Shown in pieces: positions 40,692-50,976 of a stretch of 64,000 nt of DNA. A program made the position numbers and the translations under genes. Within the stretch, counting starts at the first letter, position 1; every line of letters begins with the position of its first letter. This DNA comes from an uncultured Acidobacteriota bacterium. GTDB lineage: Bacteria; Acidobacteriota; JAQAZP01. Under the pieces are notes generated by a model that ran no database searches, was not told where the DNA came from, and saw only the letters and a list, made by a program, of their open reading frames with translations. The DNA lies in the NCBI GenBank assembly GCA_963836075.1, contig CAWIIB010000009.1, positions 1,536,001 through 1,600,000 of the forward strand, read 5' to 3'.

Positions 40692-41640
40692 GTGATCCCC
40701 TTTCTCACAGCCCTTGTTCTCTGCTGCGCCGGCTGGCTCATCTACCGGCTCTGGCACTACTTCCGCACGCCCTGGGTCCCGGTCCTCTGCTACCACCATG
40801 TGGCCGAGCCGCAGGGCGACGATCCCGGCGGGCTCTTTGTCAGCCCGCGGCGATTCAACGATCAGCTGGGCTTCCTGCGCAAGACCGGCTGCAGCCCGGT
40901 GACCCTCGACCAGCTGTATGACCACGTGACCGGCGGGACTGAGCTGCCCGACAACCCGGTGGCGGTGACCTTTGACGACGGTTACCTCGACAACTGGAGC
41001 TACGCCTTTCCAATGCTGGTCCACTTCGAGGTACCGGCCACCATATTCATCATCACGTCGAAGGTGGGGGCGGGCGAGCCGCGGCCGAACCTCGACGCTG
41101 TGCGGGAGGAGAAGTTGACCAGGGAGGAGCTGGACCTGCACCACCGGGAGAGCGGTGGGAGCGGCGTCGCATATCTCAACTGGAACGAGCTGTCGAGGAT
41201 GCGGGCCACCGGCCTGGTCTCCCTGGCCGGCCACTCGCACACCCATCTCGACCTGAAGAGATCTGACCGGCAGACGGTACTGGAGGAACTGAGGCTCTCC
41301 CGGGCGATGCTCCAGGAAAAAGCGGGGGGCGAATGCCTCGACCTGGCCTGGCCCTTCGGCTTCCACAGCCCGGGCGCCCAGCGGGCGGTGCGGGTGGCCG
41401 GCTACCGGTCGGCCTACCGGGTGTCCACCCGCTTCTTCGGCGGGCGGGGCAACTGTCGCGGCGCCAACCCGCTGACCCTGCGGCGGCTGGCCGTGACATC
41501 GGATCTCGACCTGGAAAAGGCCCTGGAATTTTATCACCAGCCGTCATTTCCCGGCCGGCTCCGGGCAGTGCTCAACTTCATCCACTACCACCTGGGGCGT
41601 CATCTCCCACCGTTCGGTCAGAATGGGGGGATGCACATGA
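40692..41640 (+). CDS. Polysaccharide deacetylase (NodB/IcaB-like)
   Basis: PVLCYHHV, TFDDGY, GHSHTH and AWPFG motifs. In this assembly it reads through into the next gene; the 3' end is inferred. Confidence 0.8.
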
Positions 41641-42395
41641 GCCGACCAACCGTTGACAGCGGAGTTCGCTGGAAGCTCCTCCTGCCCTTCCTGCTCTTCA
41701 TGGCCTTCAGCTACAGCTGCATGCTGATCCCCGCGGAGTCGGTGCGCAAGATCCTGCTCTGGGAAGACGGTGTGGTGGAGACGGCGGGGGCCCTCTTTCT
41801 CCTGCTGGCCGCGGTCTTCTTCCTGATCCTCTTTTTCCGCTCGGAAGGGGAGCAGGGCTGGCTCTGTTTCGGTACGCGGAAGAACTGGTTCTACCTCTTG
41901 CTCGCCTTCTTCTTTTTCTTTGGCGCGGGTGAAGAGATCAGCTGGGGCCAGCACTACCTGCACTACGAGACCCCGGAGTTCTGGAAGTCGCGCAACGTGC
42001 AGGAAGAGCTCACCGTGCACAACCTGATCTACCTCAACCAGCGGGAGTTTTCCGGCGAGATCAAGCCGGTCTGGCAGCGGCTGTTCAGCGTGGAGAACAT
42101 CTTCACCTACGGCACGCTGTTCTACGTCTTCCTCCTGCCGGTGGCCGCCTCCGCGGACCAGCGGGTCCGGCGGCTGGTGCGGCGGGCGGGTCTGCCCCTG
42201 GCCCCGCTGACCCTCTCCTGGGCCCTGCTGGGCTACTTCATCTGGGTCAAACTGCTCAAGTTCTTCGTCCTCCCCGACTACCTGATGCAGAACAACACCG
42301 AGATCATGGAATCCATGTGGGGGCTGCTCTACCTGCTGATCGCCCTCAGCTGGTACGGCGCACTGCGGCGCCGGACGGCCGGAGGAGGGGACTGA
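41637..42395 (+). CDS. Polytopic membrane protein (EDGxxE / EEISWGQ motif family)
   Basis: WEDGVVET, GEEISWGQ and NVQEELTVHNL motifs; several TM segments. Confidence 0.7.
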   Translation: MSRPTVDSGVRWKLLLPFLLFMAFSYSCMLIPAESVRKILLWEDGVVETAGALFLLLAAVFFLILFFRSEGEQGWLCFGTRKNWFYLLLAFFFFFGAGEEISWGQHYLHYETPEFWKSRNVQEELTVHNLIYLNQREFSGEIKPVWQRLFSVENIFTYGTLFYVFLLPVAASADQRVRRLVRRAGLPLAPLTLSWALLGYFIWVKLLKFFVLPDYLMQNNTEIMESMWGLLYLLIALSWYGALRRRTAGGGD

Positions 42396-44677
42396 TGACC
42401 GCCCCGGGAAAAAGCGGCATCGCCACCCCGGCCCTGGTCCTCGGCCTGCTGGCCGTCTTTTTCCTGCTCTTCGCCGCCACCGTGGGCAAGGACCGGCTCC
42501 CCGGCGGCTTCATCTGCGACGAGGCGGCCTACTTCATGATGACCCAGAGCCTCTGGGAGGACGGCGACCTGCGCTGGGAGGAGCGGGACGTGGTGACCGC
42601 CAACCGGCTCTTCGAGGGCGGGCCGCGCAACGTGATCCTGATGACCCCGGACGGCGGCGAGACGCTCTACTACGGCAAGCCGTATATCTACTCTTTGCTG
42701 GTCCTGCCCTTTTTTGCCCTGCTGGGGGTCAACGGGTTCGTCCTGGTCAATGCGCTGATGTTCATCACCATGGTCTGGCTGTCCTGGCGCTACCTGCGGG
42801 CCTGGAACGGGTCGGCGGTGGCGCTGCTGATGGCGGTGACCTTCTTCTTCCTTTCCGCCGCCTTCCCTTACGTCTTCTGGATGCACCCCGAGGTGTTCAA
42901 CATGTTCGTCATCTTCCTCGGCTGCTACTTCTGGATCCACCCCGGTCCGGGCAGCGGCGAGGAAGGAGGGGCGGGGGTGAAACCGGGGTTTTTCACCCGC
43001 CCGGTGGTCCGGGCCGCGCTGGCCGGGTTCTTCTTCGCCCTGGCCGCGTTTTCCAAGTTCCCCCACGCCGCCTTTGGCGGGTTTTTCGCCCTGCACGGCC
43101 TGGTCACCCGGCGCTGGAGCCGTCTGGTGGCCCTGGGTCTGGTCTTTGCCGCCTGTTTCGGCCTGCTGGTGGTCGGCCAGCTGGCGCTGAGCGACACGCC
43201 CTCGGTCTATCACGTGGCCCGCTGCGCCATCCCGCGGGCCGACTCGGTGGAGCGGTTGGCCGGGGTGAGCGACCTGCTGCTGGACGAGGACCCCCGGGGC
43301 GCCGGGGAATACGGCGGCGGCGGGCTGGGCCTGTTCAACATGGACGGCAAGTTCCCCTACAACATGGTCTACTACTTCATCGGGCGGCACACCGGGCTGG
43401 TGCCCTACTTTTTCCCCGCGGTGCTGGCCCTCTACTGGTTCTTCTTCCGCGGCGGCCGCAAGATGGGCCTCGACCGCTGGGCCCTGCTGGCCGCGGCAAC
43501 GGTGCTCATCGGCTTCTACGTCCTGGTGCTGCCCTTCAACTACCAGGGGGGCGGGGGATTCATCGGCAACCGCTACTTCGTCTCCTTCTACCCGGCGTTT
43601 CTCTTCCTCATCGGCCGTCTGCCCTCGCTCACCGGGGTGGCCGCCGGCTGGGTGGTGGCCGGGCTCTTTCTCTCCCAGTTGCTTTTCACCCCCTTCGGCG
43701 CCAACACCAGCCGCCAGTCGCTCCAGGCCCACGTGCGCAACCCGGTGTTCCGCGTGCTGCCCTTCGAGACCACCCTGCGCTGGATCCCGTCCTACATCGA
43801 CCAGGTGCGGGGGTTCGAGAAGGGGACGATCATGTACCGCAACCGCTTCCTCGACCTCAACGCGTACGTCGAGGGCGACTCCTTCTGGGTCCGGGGCAAG
43901 AGCCGCACCGCGGTGCTGCTGATGTCCCGCAAACCGCTGGAGCGGATCGTGTTCAGCAGTTCCAGCCGGGACCTGGAGGCCTGGTGCCGCGGGGCCAGAG
44001 GGGAGTTCCGCACGGTGCAGCTGCTCCGATTCCCTGAGGGTGGGCCGGCCGCAGGGGTGGAGGAGGAGCAGCTCCAGGTGGTGCTGGAAAACCCGCGGCC
44101 GCGGGCGGTGCACCCCTTTGGCAGCGAGGAGTTCACCAGCTGGTTTTACGTGGTGAAGTTCAGGACCGACCACGGCTTTATTCCGAAGTTCAGCGAGCCG
44201 GGGAGCAGTGACATCCGCTACCTCGGGGTGAGGCTGACCCTGCTGGGCGAGGGCGAGCCGTATCTCGGCGACGAGTTCTTCCGCTACCGGCTGCTGGAAA
44301 TACAGCTGCCCGAAACGGTGGCCCCGGGGGCGGAGTTCGAGGTGCCGCTGCGCCTGCAGTCCCGGAGCCCCTACACCTGGGACGAGAAGGTGCGGCTCTC
44401 CTACCACTGGATGACGCCGGCGTCGGACGGGGGAAAGCCCCGGCCCGTGATCTGGGACGGGCTGCACACCGCCATCCCCGGCGGCCGCCTGGACCCCGGC
44501 GGGACGATGGATGTGGCGATGAAGGTCAAGGCGCCCGATGACCCGGGACGCTACCTGCTGCAGGTGGACCTGCTCTGCGACGGCGTGGACTGGTTCGCCA
44601 ACCGCAACCGCTGGACCATGGCGGCCGAGGCCGAACTGCTGGTGGGGGAGACCACCGAGGACGGGACCGATGAGTGA
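42395..44677 (+). CDS. GT-C-like polytopic membrane glycosyltransferase with a C-terminal Ig-like domain
   Basis: DEAAY after TM1, many TM helices, GNRYF; C-terminal RLSYHW...PGRYLLQVDL. Confidence 0.65.
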   Translation: MTAPGKSGIATPALVLGLLAVFFLLFAATVGKDRLPGGFICDEAAYFMMTQSLWEDGDLRWEERDVVTANRLFEGGPRNVILMTPDGGETLYYGKPYIYSLLVLPFFALLGVNGFVLVNALMFITMVWLSWRYLRAWNGSAVALLMAVTFFFLSAAFPYVFWMHPEVFNMFVIFLGCYFWIHPGPGSGEEGGAGVKPGFFTRPVVRAALAGFFFALAAFSKFPHAAFGGFFALHGLVTRRWSRLVALGLVFAACFGLLVVGQLALSDTPSVYHVARCAIPRADSVERLAGVSDLLLDEDPRGAGEYGGGGLGLFNMDGKFPYNMVYYFIGRHTGLVPYFFPAVLALYWFFFRGGRKMGLDRWALLAAATVLIGFYVLVLPFNYQGGGGFIGNRYFVSFYPAFLFLIGRLPSLTGVAAGWVVAGLFLSQLLFTPFGANTSRQSLQAHVRNPVFRVLPFETTLRWIPSYIDQVRGFEKGTIMYRNRFLDLNAYVEGDSFWVRGKSRTAVLLMSRKPLERIVFSSSSRDLEAWCRGARGEFRTVQLLRFPEGGPAAGVEEEQLQVVLENPRPRAVHPFGSEEFTSWFYVVKFRTDHGFIPKFSEPGSSDIRYLGVRLTLLGEGEPYLGDEFFRYRLLEIQLPETVAPGAEFEVPLRLQSRSPYTWDEKVRLSYHWMTPASDGGKPRPVIWDGLHTAIPGGRLDPGGTMDVAMKVKAPDDPGRYLLQVDLLCDGVDWFANRNRWTMAAEAELLVGETTEDGTDE

Positions 44678-45578
44678 CGTGGTTGAAGCCGCGCCCCGGG
44701 TGGCGGTGATCCTGCTCAACTGGAACCAGAAGGAGATGACCCTGGCCTGTCTCCGGTCGCTGGCCGGGGTGGACTACCCCAACTTCGGCATGGTGCTGGT
44801 GGACAACGCTTCGGAGGACGGGTCGGCTGAGGCGGTGCAGCAGGCTTTCCCCGAGGTCACCGTGATCCGCAACCAGGAGAACCTCGGCGTGGCCGGCGGG
44901 CGGAACGTGGGTCTGAAGCACGTGCTGGAGCAGGAGGCCGCCGAGTATCTGCTGCTGCTGGACAACGACACCGAGGTGGACCCGGCCTTTCTCACCGCCC
45001 TGGTCCGCGCCGGGGAGCAGGAAGCCCGGGCGGGGATCCTCACCGGCAAGATCTACTTCCACGACCGGCCGGAGGTGATCTGGTGCGCCGGAGGGACGTG
45101 GGATCTCTACCGCTGCGACTTCCGGCTCGCCGGCCACGATGAGGCGGACCAGGGCCAGTACGACACGCTGCGCGACGTGGACCACGTGGCCGGCTGCTGC
45201 CAGATGATCACCCGGCCGGCGCTGGACGCCATCGGCCTGCTGGACGAACGCTTCTCCCCCTATTTCTGCGAGGACACCGACTGGTGCGCCCGGGCGGCCG
45301 AGGCCGGCTTCCGGGTGCTCTACGTCCCCCGGGCCCGGCTGTGGCACCACGTGGTGAAGAAAACCGAGGTCTCCGACCGCTACCTGTTCCTCAAGGGCCG
45401 CAACCTGCTGCTGTTCATGCGCAAGCACGCCAGACTGCGCCACTGGTTCGTCTTCTCCTTTGTGGCCGTGGGCCGGGGGCTGAAGGTGGCTTGGCGGGAG
45501 CTGCGGGCCGGCAACCTCAAGCACTTCTTCACCATGGCCCGGGGCGCGTTCAGCTCGCTGAAAATCCGGAATAAATAG
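44670..45578 (+). CDS. GT2 glycosyltransferase (WbbL-like)
   Basis: LLNWN, VDNASEDGS, NLGVAGGRN, LLDNDT and EDTDWC motifs. Confidence 0.9.
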   Translation: MSDVVEAAPRVAVILLNWNQKEMTLACLRSLAGVDYPNFGMVLVDNASEDGSAEAVQQAFPEVTVIRNQENLGVAGGRNVGLKHVLEQEAAEYLLLLDNDTEVDPAFLTALVRAGEQEARAGILTGKIYFHDRPEVIWCAGGTWDLYRCDFRLAGHDEADQGQYDTLRDVDHVAGCCQMITRPALDAIGLLDERFSPYFCEDTDWCARAAEAGFRVLYVPRARLWHHVVKKTEVSDRYLFLKGRNLLLFMRKHARLRHWFVFSFVAVGRGLKVAWRELRAGNLKHFFTMARGAFSSLKIRNK

Positions 45579-45592
45579 ACAGACCCGGCAGG

Positions 45593-46198
45593 TTAAAAGA
45601 CCAGCACGATGGACCGGTTCCCCTCGCGGTCTTCGGTCTCGTGCTCGGCGATGATGGTGAAATTCGAGCGGATCAACTCCACCACCGCCGCCTGCTGCTC
45701 CTTGCTGTAGAGCTGCACGATCTGCACCCCGTCCGGGGCGAGAAAATCCTTGTAGCGGTTGAGCACCGGCACGATCTTCTGGTGATCGAAGTAGTAGATG
45801 ACCTCGCTCCAGAGGACCACGTCGTAACGGTGCTGGTCGGTGTAGCTGGCGATGTCGGCGGCGACGAAGAAGACGTTCTCCCGGCCGCGAAAATCCTCCC
45901 GGCCCTTGCCCACTGCCACCGTGGACACGTCGAGTCCGGTGTAGCGGGTGAAGGCGGAGAGGGCGTGGATGGTCTTGCCGGTGCCGCAGCCGAGGTCGAT
46001 GATCGATCCGCCCTTGAGGTGCTCCTCGATGATCCGGGCAAAATGCTCGGCCGGCGGGTAGTCGATGTAGTCCCAGTCACCGCTGCGGTATTCGTAGTCC
46101 CAGATGAGACGCTTGAACAGCGTGGTATTCCGCAGCACCAGTTTGCGCAGAAACGTCTTTTCCTTGAGCCAGGTGACGAGGTTTTTCATGTGTCCCAT
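45593..46198 (-). CDS. Class I SAM-dependent methyltransferase
   Basis: IDLGCGTG, GLDVS and YDVVLWSEVIYY motifs. Confidence 0.85.
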   Translation of the reverse strand: MGHMKNLVTWLKEKTFLRKLVLRNTTLFKRLIWDYEYRSGDWDYIDYPPAEHFARIIEEHLKGGSIIDLGCGTGKTIHALSAFTRYTGLDVSTVAVGKGREDFRGRENVFFVAADIASYTDQHRYDVVLWSEVIYYFDHQKIVPVLNRYKDFLAPDGVQIVQLYSKEQQAAVVELIRSNFTIIAEHETEDREGNRSIVLVF

Positions 46199-46224
46199 TG
46201 GTGCCGAATTTCTCCAGAGAGCCG

Positions 46225-47592
46225 CTACTCTACCACAGCTCGGGGTTCCGGGGCCTCAGCCAATGAACCCGGCCCGCCGGTGAGGCCGCGCTGGTGGATC
46301 TGGTGGGCCAGGATCCGGGCCACCGCGCGGTGCCCCTCGGTGGTCAGGTGGTTGTCGTCGAGGAAATAGGCCGCGATACCCCGGTTTTGCTGCTCCATGT
46401 CCTGCCGCAGCAGGGGCAGCAGGTCCACGGTGTCGATCCCCTGCTCCGTGGCGTGGCGCGTCAGGGTTTTCTGGGGCCGGCCGTAGGCTGCGGGGTTCTG
46501 CAGCTGGAAGGCGTAGGGCAGGATCACCAGCATCGACGGGATGCCCTCCTCCCGGCAGCGCAGAAAGATCCGGTCCAGGTTTTCCAGGGTCAGGGCCCAG
46601 GCCTGGTCGGTCAGTTCCTTCTTCTCGTCGTAGAGCAGGTCCATCACCTGCAGGCGCTCGATCTCCCGCGCCGCTTCAGCCGGTTGGCCGCCGAAACGGA
46701 CCCGGTCCCGGAGGTACGACCCGAAGGCGAAGATGCTGCTCCACCCGGCCAGCCGGTCCCCCAGCCCTTCCACTGTGTGACGCAACTGGAAGCCCAGCTC
46801 GCTGCCGCCGAACTGCACCAGGCTGAATTTTTCGGTGACATCGTTGAGCACGAAGCAGACCAGCACCAGGTCGGGCTCGAGGTCCAGGCCGTAGCGGACC
46901 AGGAACTCGTATTCCTGCCACGGGGAAAAGCCGCCGGTTCCCGCGTTGAGCGGCACCACCATCCGCTCCGGGTTGCGGGCGTTGAGGTCCCGGCCGGTGA
47001 GCAGGGGGAACGGCTCGTCGTCGCGCACCCGGTAGCCGAAAGTCACCGAGTCGCCGAGGAAAAGGATGCGGAACTGCTCCAGCTGTCCCTCGGGCGGCAC
47101 GTCGGCCCCGCGCAGGCCGTGGGCGTTGATGGTGGCCGGCACCAGACCCCAGCTGCCCCGCACCCCCGGTTTGAGCCGCCAGCCGAGGTCCGGGTCGCGG
47201 GCGAAAATAGTGGTGCTGCGCGAACTGTCCCGGTAGAAGCGGATGGAGAGGACCTGCTCCAGGGTAAACACGGTGGTCAGCAGCATGGTGGCCAGCAGGA
47301 CCAGGTTGACCCGCAGGTTGCGCCGCGCCGCCCAGCGGAAGAACCCGGCCCGGCGCAGGAGGAAGCCCCCGGCCAGCAGGGCCAGACCGCCCAGGGCCAG
47401 CCGCAGCCGGGCGGCCGGGACCCGCTCCGCCACCCGGTCCAGCAGGCCGCCCCAGGGTCGGAAGACCCAGTCGATCAGGCTGCCGCTGAACAGCAGGGCC
47501 AGGCCCAGCAGCGCCAGGCCGAGGACCACCCAGAGAGCGAAGAGAATCCGCGCGTTCCCGACGTTGCCCTCGTTCTTCCCGTCCCCGGACAT
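46225..47592 (-). CDS. Membrane-anchored SGNH/GDSL hydrolase
   Basis: N-terminal TM segments; LGDSVTFG, NAGTGG, LND and DDNHLT motifs. Confidence 0.85.
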   Translation of the reverse strand: MSGDGKNEGNVGNARILFALWVVLGLALLGLALLFSGSLIDWVFRPWGGLLDRVAERVPAARLRLALGGLALLAGGFLLRRAGFFRWAARRNLRVNLVLLATMLLTTVFTLEQVLSIRFYRDSSRSTTIFARDPDLGWRLKPGVRGSWGLVPATINAHGLRGADVPPEGQLEQFRILFLGDSVTFGYRVRDDEPFPLLTGRDLNARNPERMVVPLNAGTGGFSPWQEYEFLVRYGLDLEPDLVLVCFVLNDVTEKFSLVQFGGSELGFQLRHTVEGLGDRLAGWSSIFAFGSYLRDRVRFGGQPAEAAREIERLQVMDLLYDEKKELTDQAWALTLENLDRIFLRCREEGIPSMLVILPYAFQLQNPAAYGRPQKTLTRHATEQGIDTVDLLPLLRQDMEQQNRGIAAYFLDDNHLTTEGHRAVARILAHQIHQRGLTGGPGSLAEAPEPRAVVE

Positions 47593-47958
47593 CGGTGAAT
47601 CCTCCATCCCCTGAACTGCCCTGTCCCGCCCTGCAACATGCCGGAAATGAAAAGTCCGGCCGGTCGTTATTGTAACGCGCATTTTTCGGCCCGTCATCCT
47701 GGGGGAGAAAAGGCCGGTTTTGCTCAAGAAAGACGGCCGGACCGCCGATAGAAAAAGAGAATAAAGGGGTTTCTGACGGCAGCCGTTCATCTACCCGTCG
47801 GCGCCGCAGATCTGATCGTCCAACACATGTCCGACTCTCTGTGGACAAAGGATGTATGAAAAGAGCTGAATCTCGAGTGGTTTTCGGTTTAGCAGCCGGT
47901 GAGATGCACTCAAGCGATACCAGAGAAGCTTCTATCGATACCTGGAGGGCCTTCGACA

Positions 47959-50892
47959 ATGTGTCGTCCTGAATCCCACCGCGGCAGCCGGTTCGCCCGC
48001 CGTGCCGCGGTCTGCGTGTTCCTGTTCTTGTTCTCCTGCACGTTCGCCCACCTGCGGGCCGACGACCTGGTCACCGGCGACGGCCTCACCGTCCAGGTGG
48101 ACGCGGCAGGCCAGGTGACCGGGGTCCAGGTGGCGGGCGACGAGCTGCTCACCACCGGCGTCACCGGCGGCTTCTCCCTCACCGATTACACCGGCATCAA
48201 CGGGGTGAACATCCTGGTCAACTCAGGGTTCGAGGGCGGGTTCACCCACGTCCTCGACAACATCCACATCCCGGACAACTGGAACCTGCTCACCGCCACC
48301 GGTTCGGCGGACAACATCTCTCTTCAGCAGGAGACCGGCGGGCCCCACGAGGGCCTTAACGCTATCCACTTCGTCACCACCCAGTCCGGCGACGAAGCCG
48401 ACCCGCTGGAACCGGACGTGATCGAAATCGCCAGCGACACCTTTACCGTGGTCGGCGGCGTGACCTACTACTGCAGTTCGGTGTGCCGCAGCGACTTCGG
48501 CTATTCCCGGGATATCAACGGCTGGCCCTATGAAGCCGCCGTCTACCTCGACTGGTATGACGGGGACCAGGCGCTGATCTCCAGCGACAAGGTTTTCGAG
48601 GCGAGCCAGACGTTCTACAGCTGGACCCGGTTCACCGGCTGGGCGGAATCGCCCGAAAACGCCGCCAGCGCTTCGGTGCGCATCTATGTCAGCGGCAACT
48701 CCATCGATTATTCCCAGCCCATGGATGTCCTCTTCGACAACTTCCGCTGTTTCCGCGAACCCGCCGGCATCCGGGACATCCCGGTGAGCGGCACGGTGAC
48801 CAATAACGCCGGCGTGCTGAACATGCAGGCGGTGAACGTGGGTGGCCGAGGTCTCGACATATCGGCCCGGATGGAGGCCTTGACCGACCGCATCGAGATC
48901 AGCGGCCAGGTGACTCCCAGCGAGGGGAACGAAGGCCTGGACCGGGCGCTGGACCTCTCCTTCGTCCTGCCGGTGGATACCTCGTCCATGGAATGGTGGT
49001 GGTACGACAACCTGCATAAGAACTACCGCATCCGCGACCAGTATGTCTACGACGAGAACGTGGCGGCCGACGCCATCTCGCCGAACCTGAGGCTGAACGT
49101 CTACAACCTCTCCTGCATCACCGACGGGGACCACGTGCTGAACATCGCCCGCGAACCGGATCTGGTGCGGCCGTACTACGTGCAATACGAAGCCGAGGAC
49201 GACCTTTACATCATCCGCTTCCAGCTGGGGCTGGCAGCCCAGCGGGATCATGCCAGTTTCGATTTCGTCCTCTACACCTCGCTGCCCAACTGGGACATGC
49301 GCGGCGCGCTGCAGAAGTATTACGACATCTACACCGGCTACGGCCGGCTGCGCTCGGTGGGCGGTGAGCCCATGGCCGGGGGGATCAACGGCGGCCGGCC
49401 GGAATCGATCATGGGCAACGCCTATGAGACCAACCCCGAGGACTATGCTGTCCGTTACTACTTCAACAACAGTGCGGACGAGGCCGCCTACATGACCGAT
49501 GACCTGGGACTGCAGATGCTCTACTACACGCAGCCCTGGATGGTGATGTTCGAATCACCCGAGGATGATCCGCTGCCGCCATACCCCGAGTTCCGCAACG
49601 CGGTGAACGACCTGCCCAGCGTGTTCACCGAGGCGGAGATTATCGAGTCCTTCCCCTCGGACATCCTGATCAACATCAACGACACAACCAACCAGGACTA
49701 CCTGCTCTACCGCATCACCCACTACCCCGACCAGGCAGCTTTCCAGTACATGGCCTCGGTCTACATCAACACCGAGGACCAGACGCCCAGTTTCGGCAAC
49801 CGCTACCTCGACCACGTGGAGGATTACTACGAGTACATGGTGGAGACCATGCTCAGCCAGGAGTATCTCTACGGGGTGATGATGGACCTGTCGAACATCG
49901 GCGGCGCGACCCTGGACGGTTCGCGCAGCCGTTTCGCCTCGGCGGGCTACGACCTGACCTACAGCCCCACCACGTTCACGCCGGCGCTCTGGAACCTCAA
50001 CGCCTTCCAGAACTTCATGGGCGGCCTGCAGGAGCGCCTGGAGGCGAACCAGCCCGACCGCGACATCATCAGCGCCAACATGATCGAATACGGCTACCTC
50101 TTCTCGGCGGCCAACCACCTCGACACCTTCGGTTTCGAGTGCTCGCCCATCTCCGGCTGGAACTGGGGAAACAAGCACCTCGACTACCGCAAGATCGTCG
50201 CCGGCAGCAAACCCTGGTCGCCGGTGATCACTTACGCCGAGGCGCTGGCCTTTGACGAGCCGAGCAACGAGTATTACAAGGGGATGTGCGACATGTACAA
50301 TGTCGCCCTGCTCTACGCCTTCTACCTCGCCCCCAAGAAATTCGTCGAGGTGAACAACAAGGACCTGGAGGAACTGCGGAACGTCTCCGCCGGAGTGGTG
50401 CCGTTCATCGACCGGTTCAACGAACTGGGCTGGTACCCCTGCCACAAGGTGCTGCAGGTGGACGAGTCGGACGAGCCGGCCCCGGACAAGTACGTCATGA
50501 TCGAGCGCTACGGGCCGAGCACCACCTTCGACTCGGGCGAGACGGCGTACGTGGTGCTGCACTACAACCACACCAGTCTCAAGTCGTTCGACACCCTCTT
50601 CCCCCGGCCCACCACGCTGGGCGAGACCCGGGACTTCCGGATCAAGATCGACCTGGTGGAGATCGGGATGACCGAACCGGTGACACTGGAAGAGATGACC
50701 GCCACCATGCACGATATGGCGCCGGTGACCCCGCCCGACCTCAACCTGACCAACAACGGGGACGGCACGGTGACCATCACCGGCACGCTGGACTGGCGCG
50801 ACACACTGGTGCTCAAGCTGCAGCAGTACACCCCGGACACCATACCTCCGGCGGTGCCCACCGGTGTGCAGGCCGAGGTTCTGCTACCCTGA
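47959..50892 (+). CDS. Large acidic secreted protein with a CBM-like domain; possible glycoside hydrolase-like core
   Basis: Signal peptide; NILVNSGFE...W...FDN CBM4/9-like pattern; aromatic-rich core. Function uncertain. Confidence 0.55.
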   Translation: MCRPESHRGSRFARRAAVCVFLFLFSCTFAHLRADDLVTGDGLTVQVDAAGQVTGVQVAGDELLTTGVTGGFSLTDYTGINGVNILVNSGFEGGFTHVLDNIHIPDNWNLLTATGSADNISLQQETGGPHEGLNAIHFVTTQSGDEADPLEPDVIEIASDTFTVVGGVTYYCSSVCRSDFGYSRDINGWPYEAAVYLDWYDGDQALISSDKVFEASQTFYSWTRFTGWAESPENAASASVRIYVSGNSIDYSQPMDVLFDNFRCFREPAGIRDIPVSGTVTNNAGVLNMQAVNVGGRGLDISARMEALTDRIEISGQVTPSEGNEGLDRALDLSFVLPVDTSSMEWWWYDNLHKNYRIRDQYVYDENVAADAISPNLRLNVYNLSCITDGDHVLNIAREPDLVRPYYVQYEAEDDLYIIRFQLGLAAQRDHASFDFVLYTSLPNWDMRGALQKYYDIYTGYGRLRSVGGEPMAGGINGGRPESIMGNAYETNPEDYAVRYYFNNSADEAAYMTDDLGLQMLYYTQPWMVMFESPEDDPLPPYPEFRNAVNDLPSVFTEAEIIESFPSDILININDTTNQDYLLYRITHYPDQAAFQYMASVYINTEDQTPSFGNRYLDHVEDYYEYMVETMLSQEYLYGVMMDLSNIGGATLDGSRSRFASAGYDLTYSPTTFTPALWNLNAFQNFMGGLQERLEANQPDRDIISANMIEYGYLFSAANHLDTFGFECSPISGWNWGNKHLDYRKIVAGSKPWSPVITYAEALAFDEPSNEYYKGMCDMYNVALLYAFYLAPKKFVEVNNKDLEELRNVSAGVVPFIDRFNELGWYPCHKVLQVDESDEPAPDKYVMIERYGPSTTFDSGETAYVVLHYNHTSLKSFDTLFPRPTTLGETRDFRIKIDLVEIGMTEPVTLEEMTATMHDMAPVTPPDLNLTNNGDGTVTITGTLDWRDTLVLKLQQYTPDTIPPAVPTGVQAEVLLP

Positions 50893-50913
50893 GAAACTGA
50901 TTAAACAGGAATG

Positions 50914-50939
50914 AAAAAGCCCCCCTGAACGGGGGGCTT
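50914..50939. terminator. Terminator hairpin between convergent genes
   Basis: AAAAAGCCCCCC-tgaac-GGGGGGCTT. Confidence 0.8.
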
Positions 50940-50976
50940 GCTCTGTACTGTCGGGTAAAGTTGAGGCAGGCCGGGT

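Noticed and set aside
40692-42395. Novel deacetylase-membrane protein fusion (567 aa)
   Set aside because: Removing one G from the G run near 41625-41630 ends the first gene at TGA 41638-41640, overlapping ATG 41637 (ATGA coupling). It is most likely two genes merged by an error.
42329-44719. Long antisense ORFs (e.g. 42329..44719 -, 35110..37278 +, 6654..8249 -)
   Set aside because: These are shadow ORFs expected from high-GC codon bias opposite well-supported genes, and they carry no recognisable motifs.
47600-47950. Riboswitch or ncRNA in the long intergenic region
   Set aside because: I could not recognise a conserved aptamer motif or a strong stem pattern by eye; an Rfam scan would be needed.
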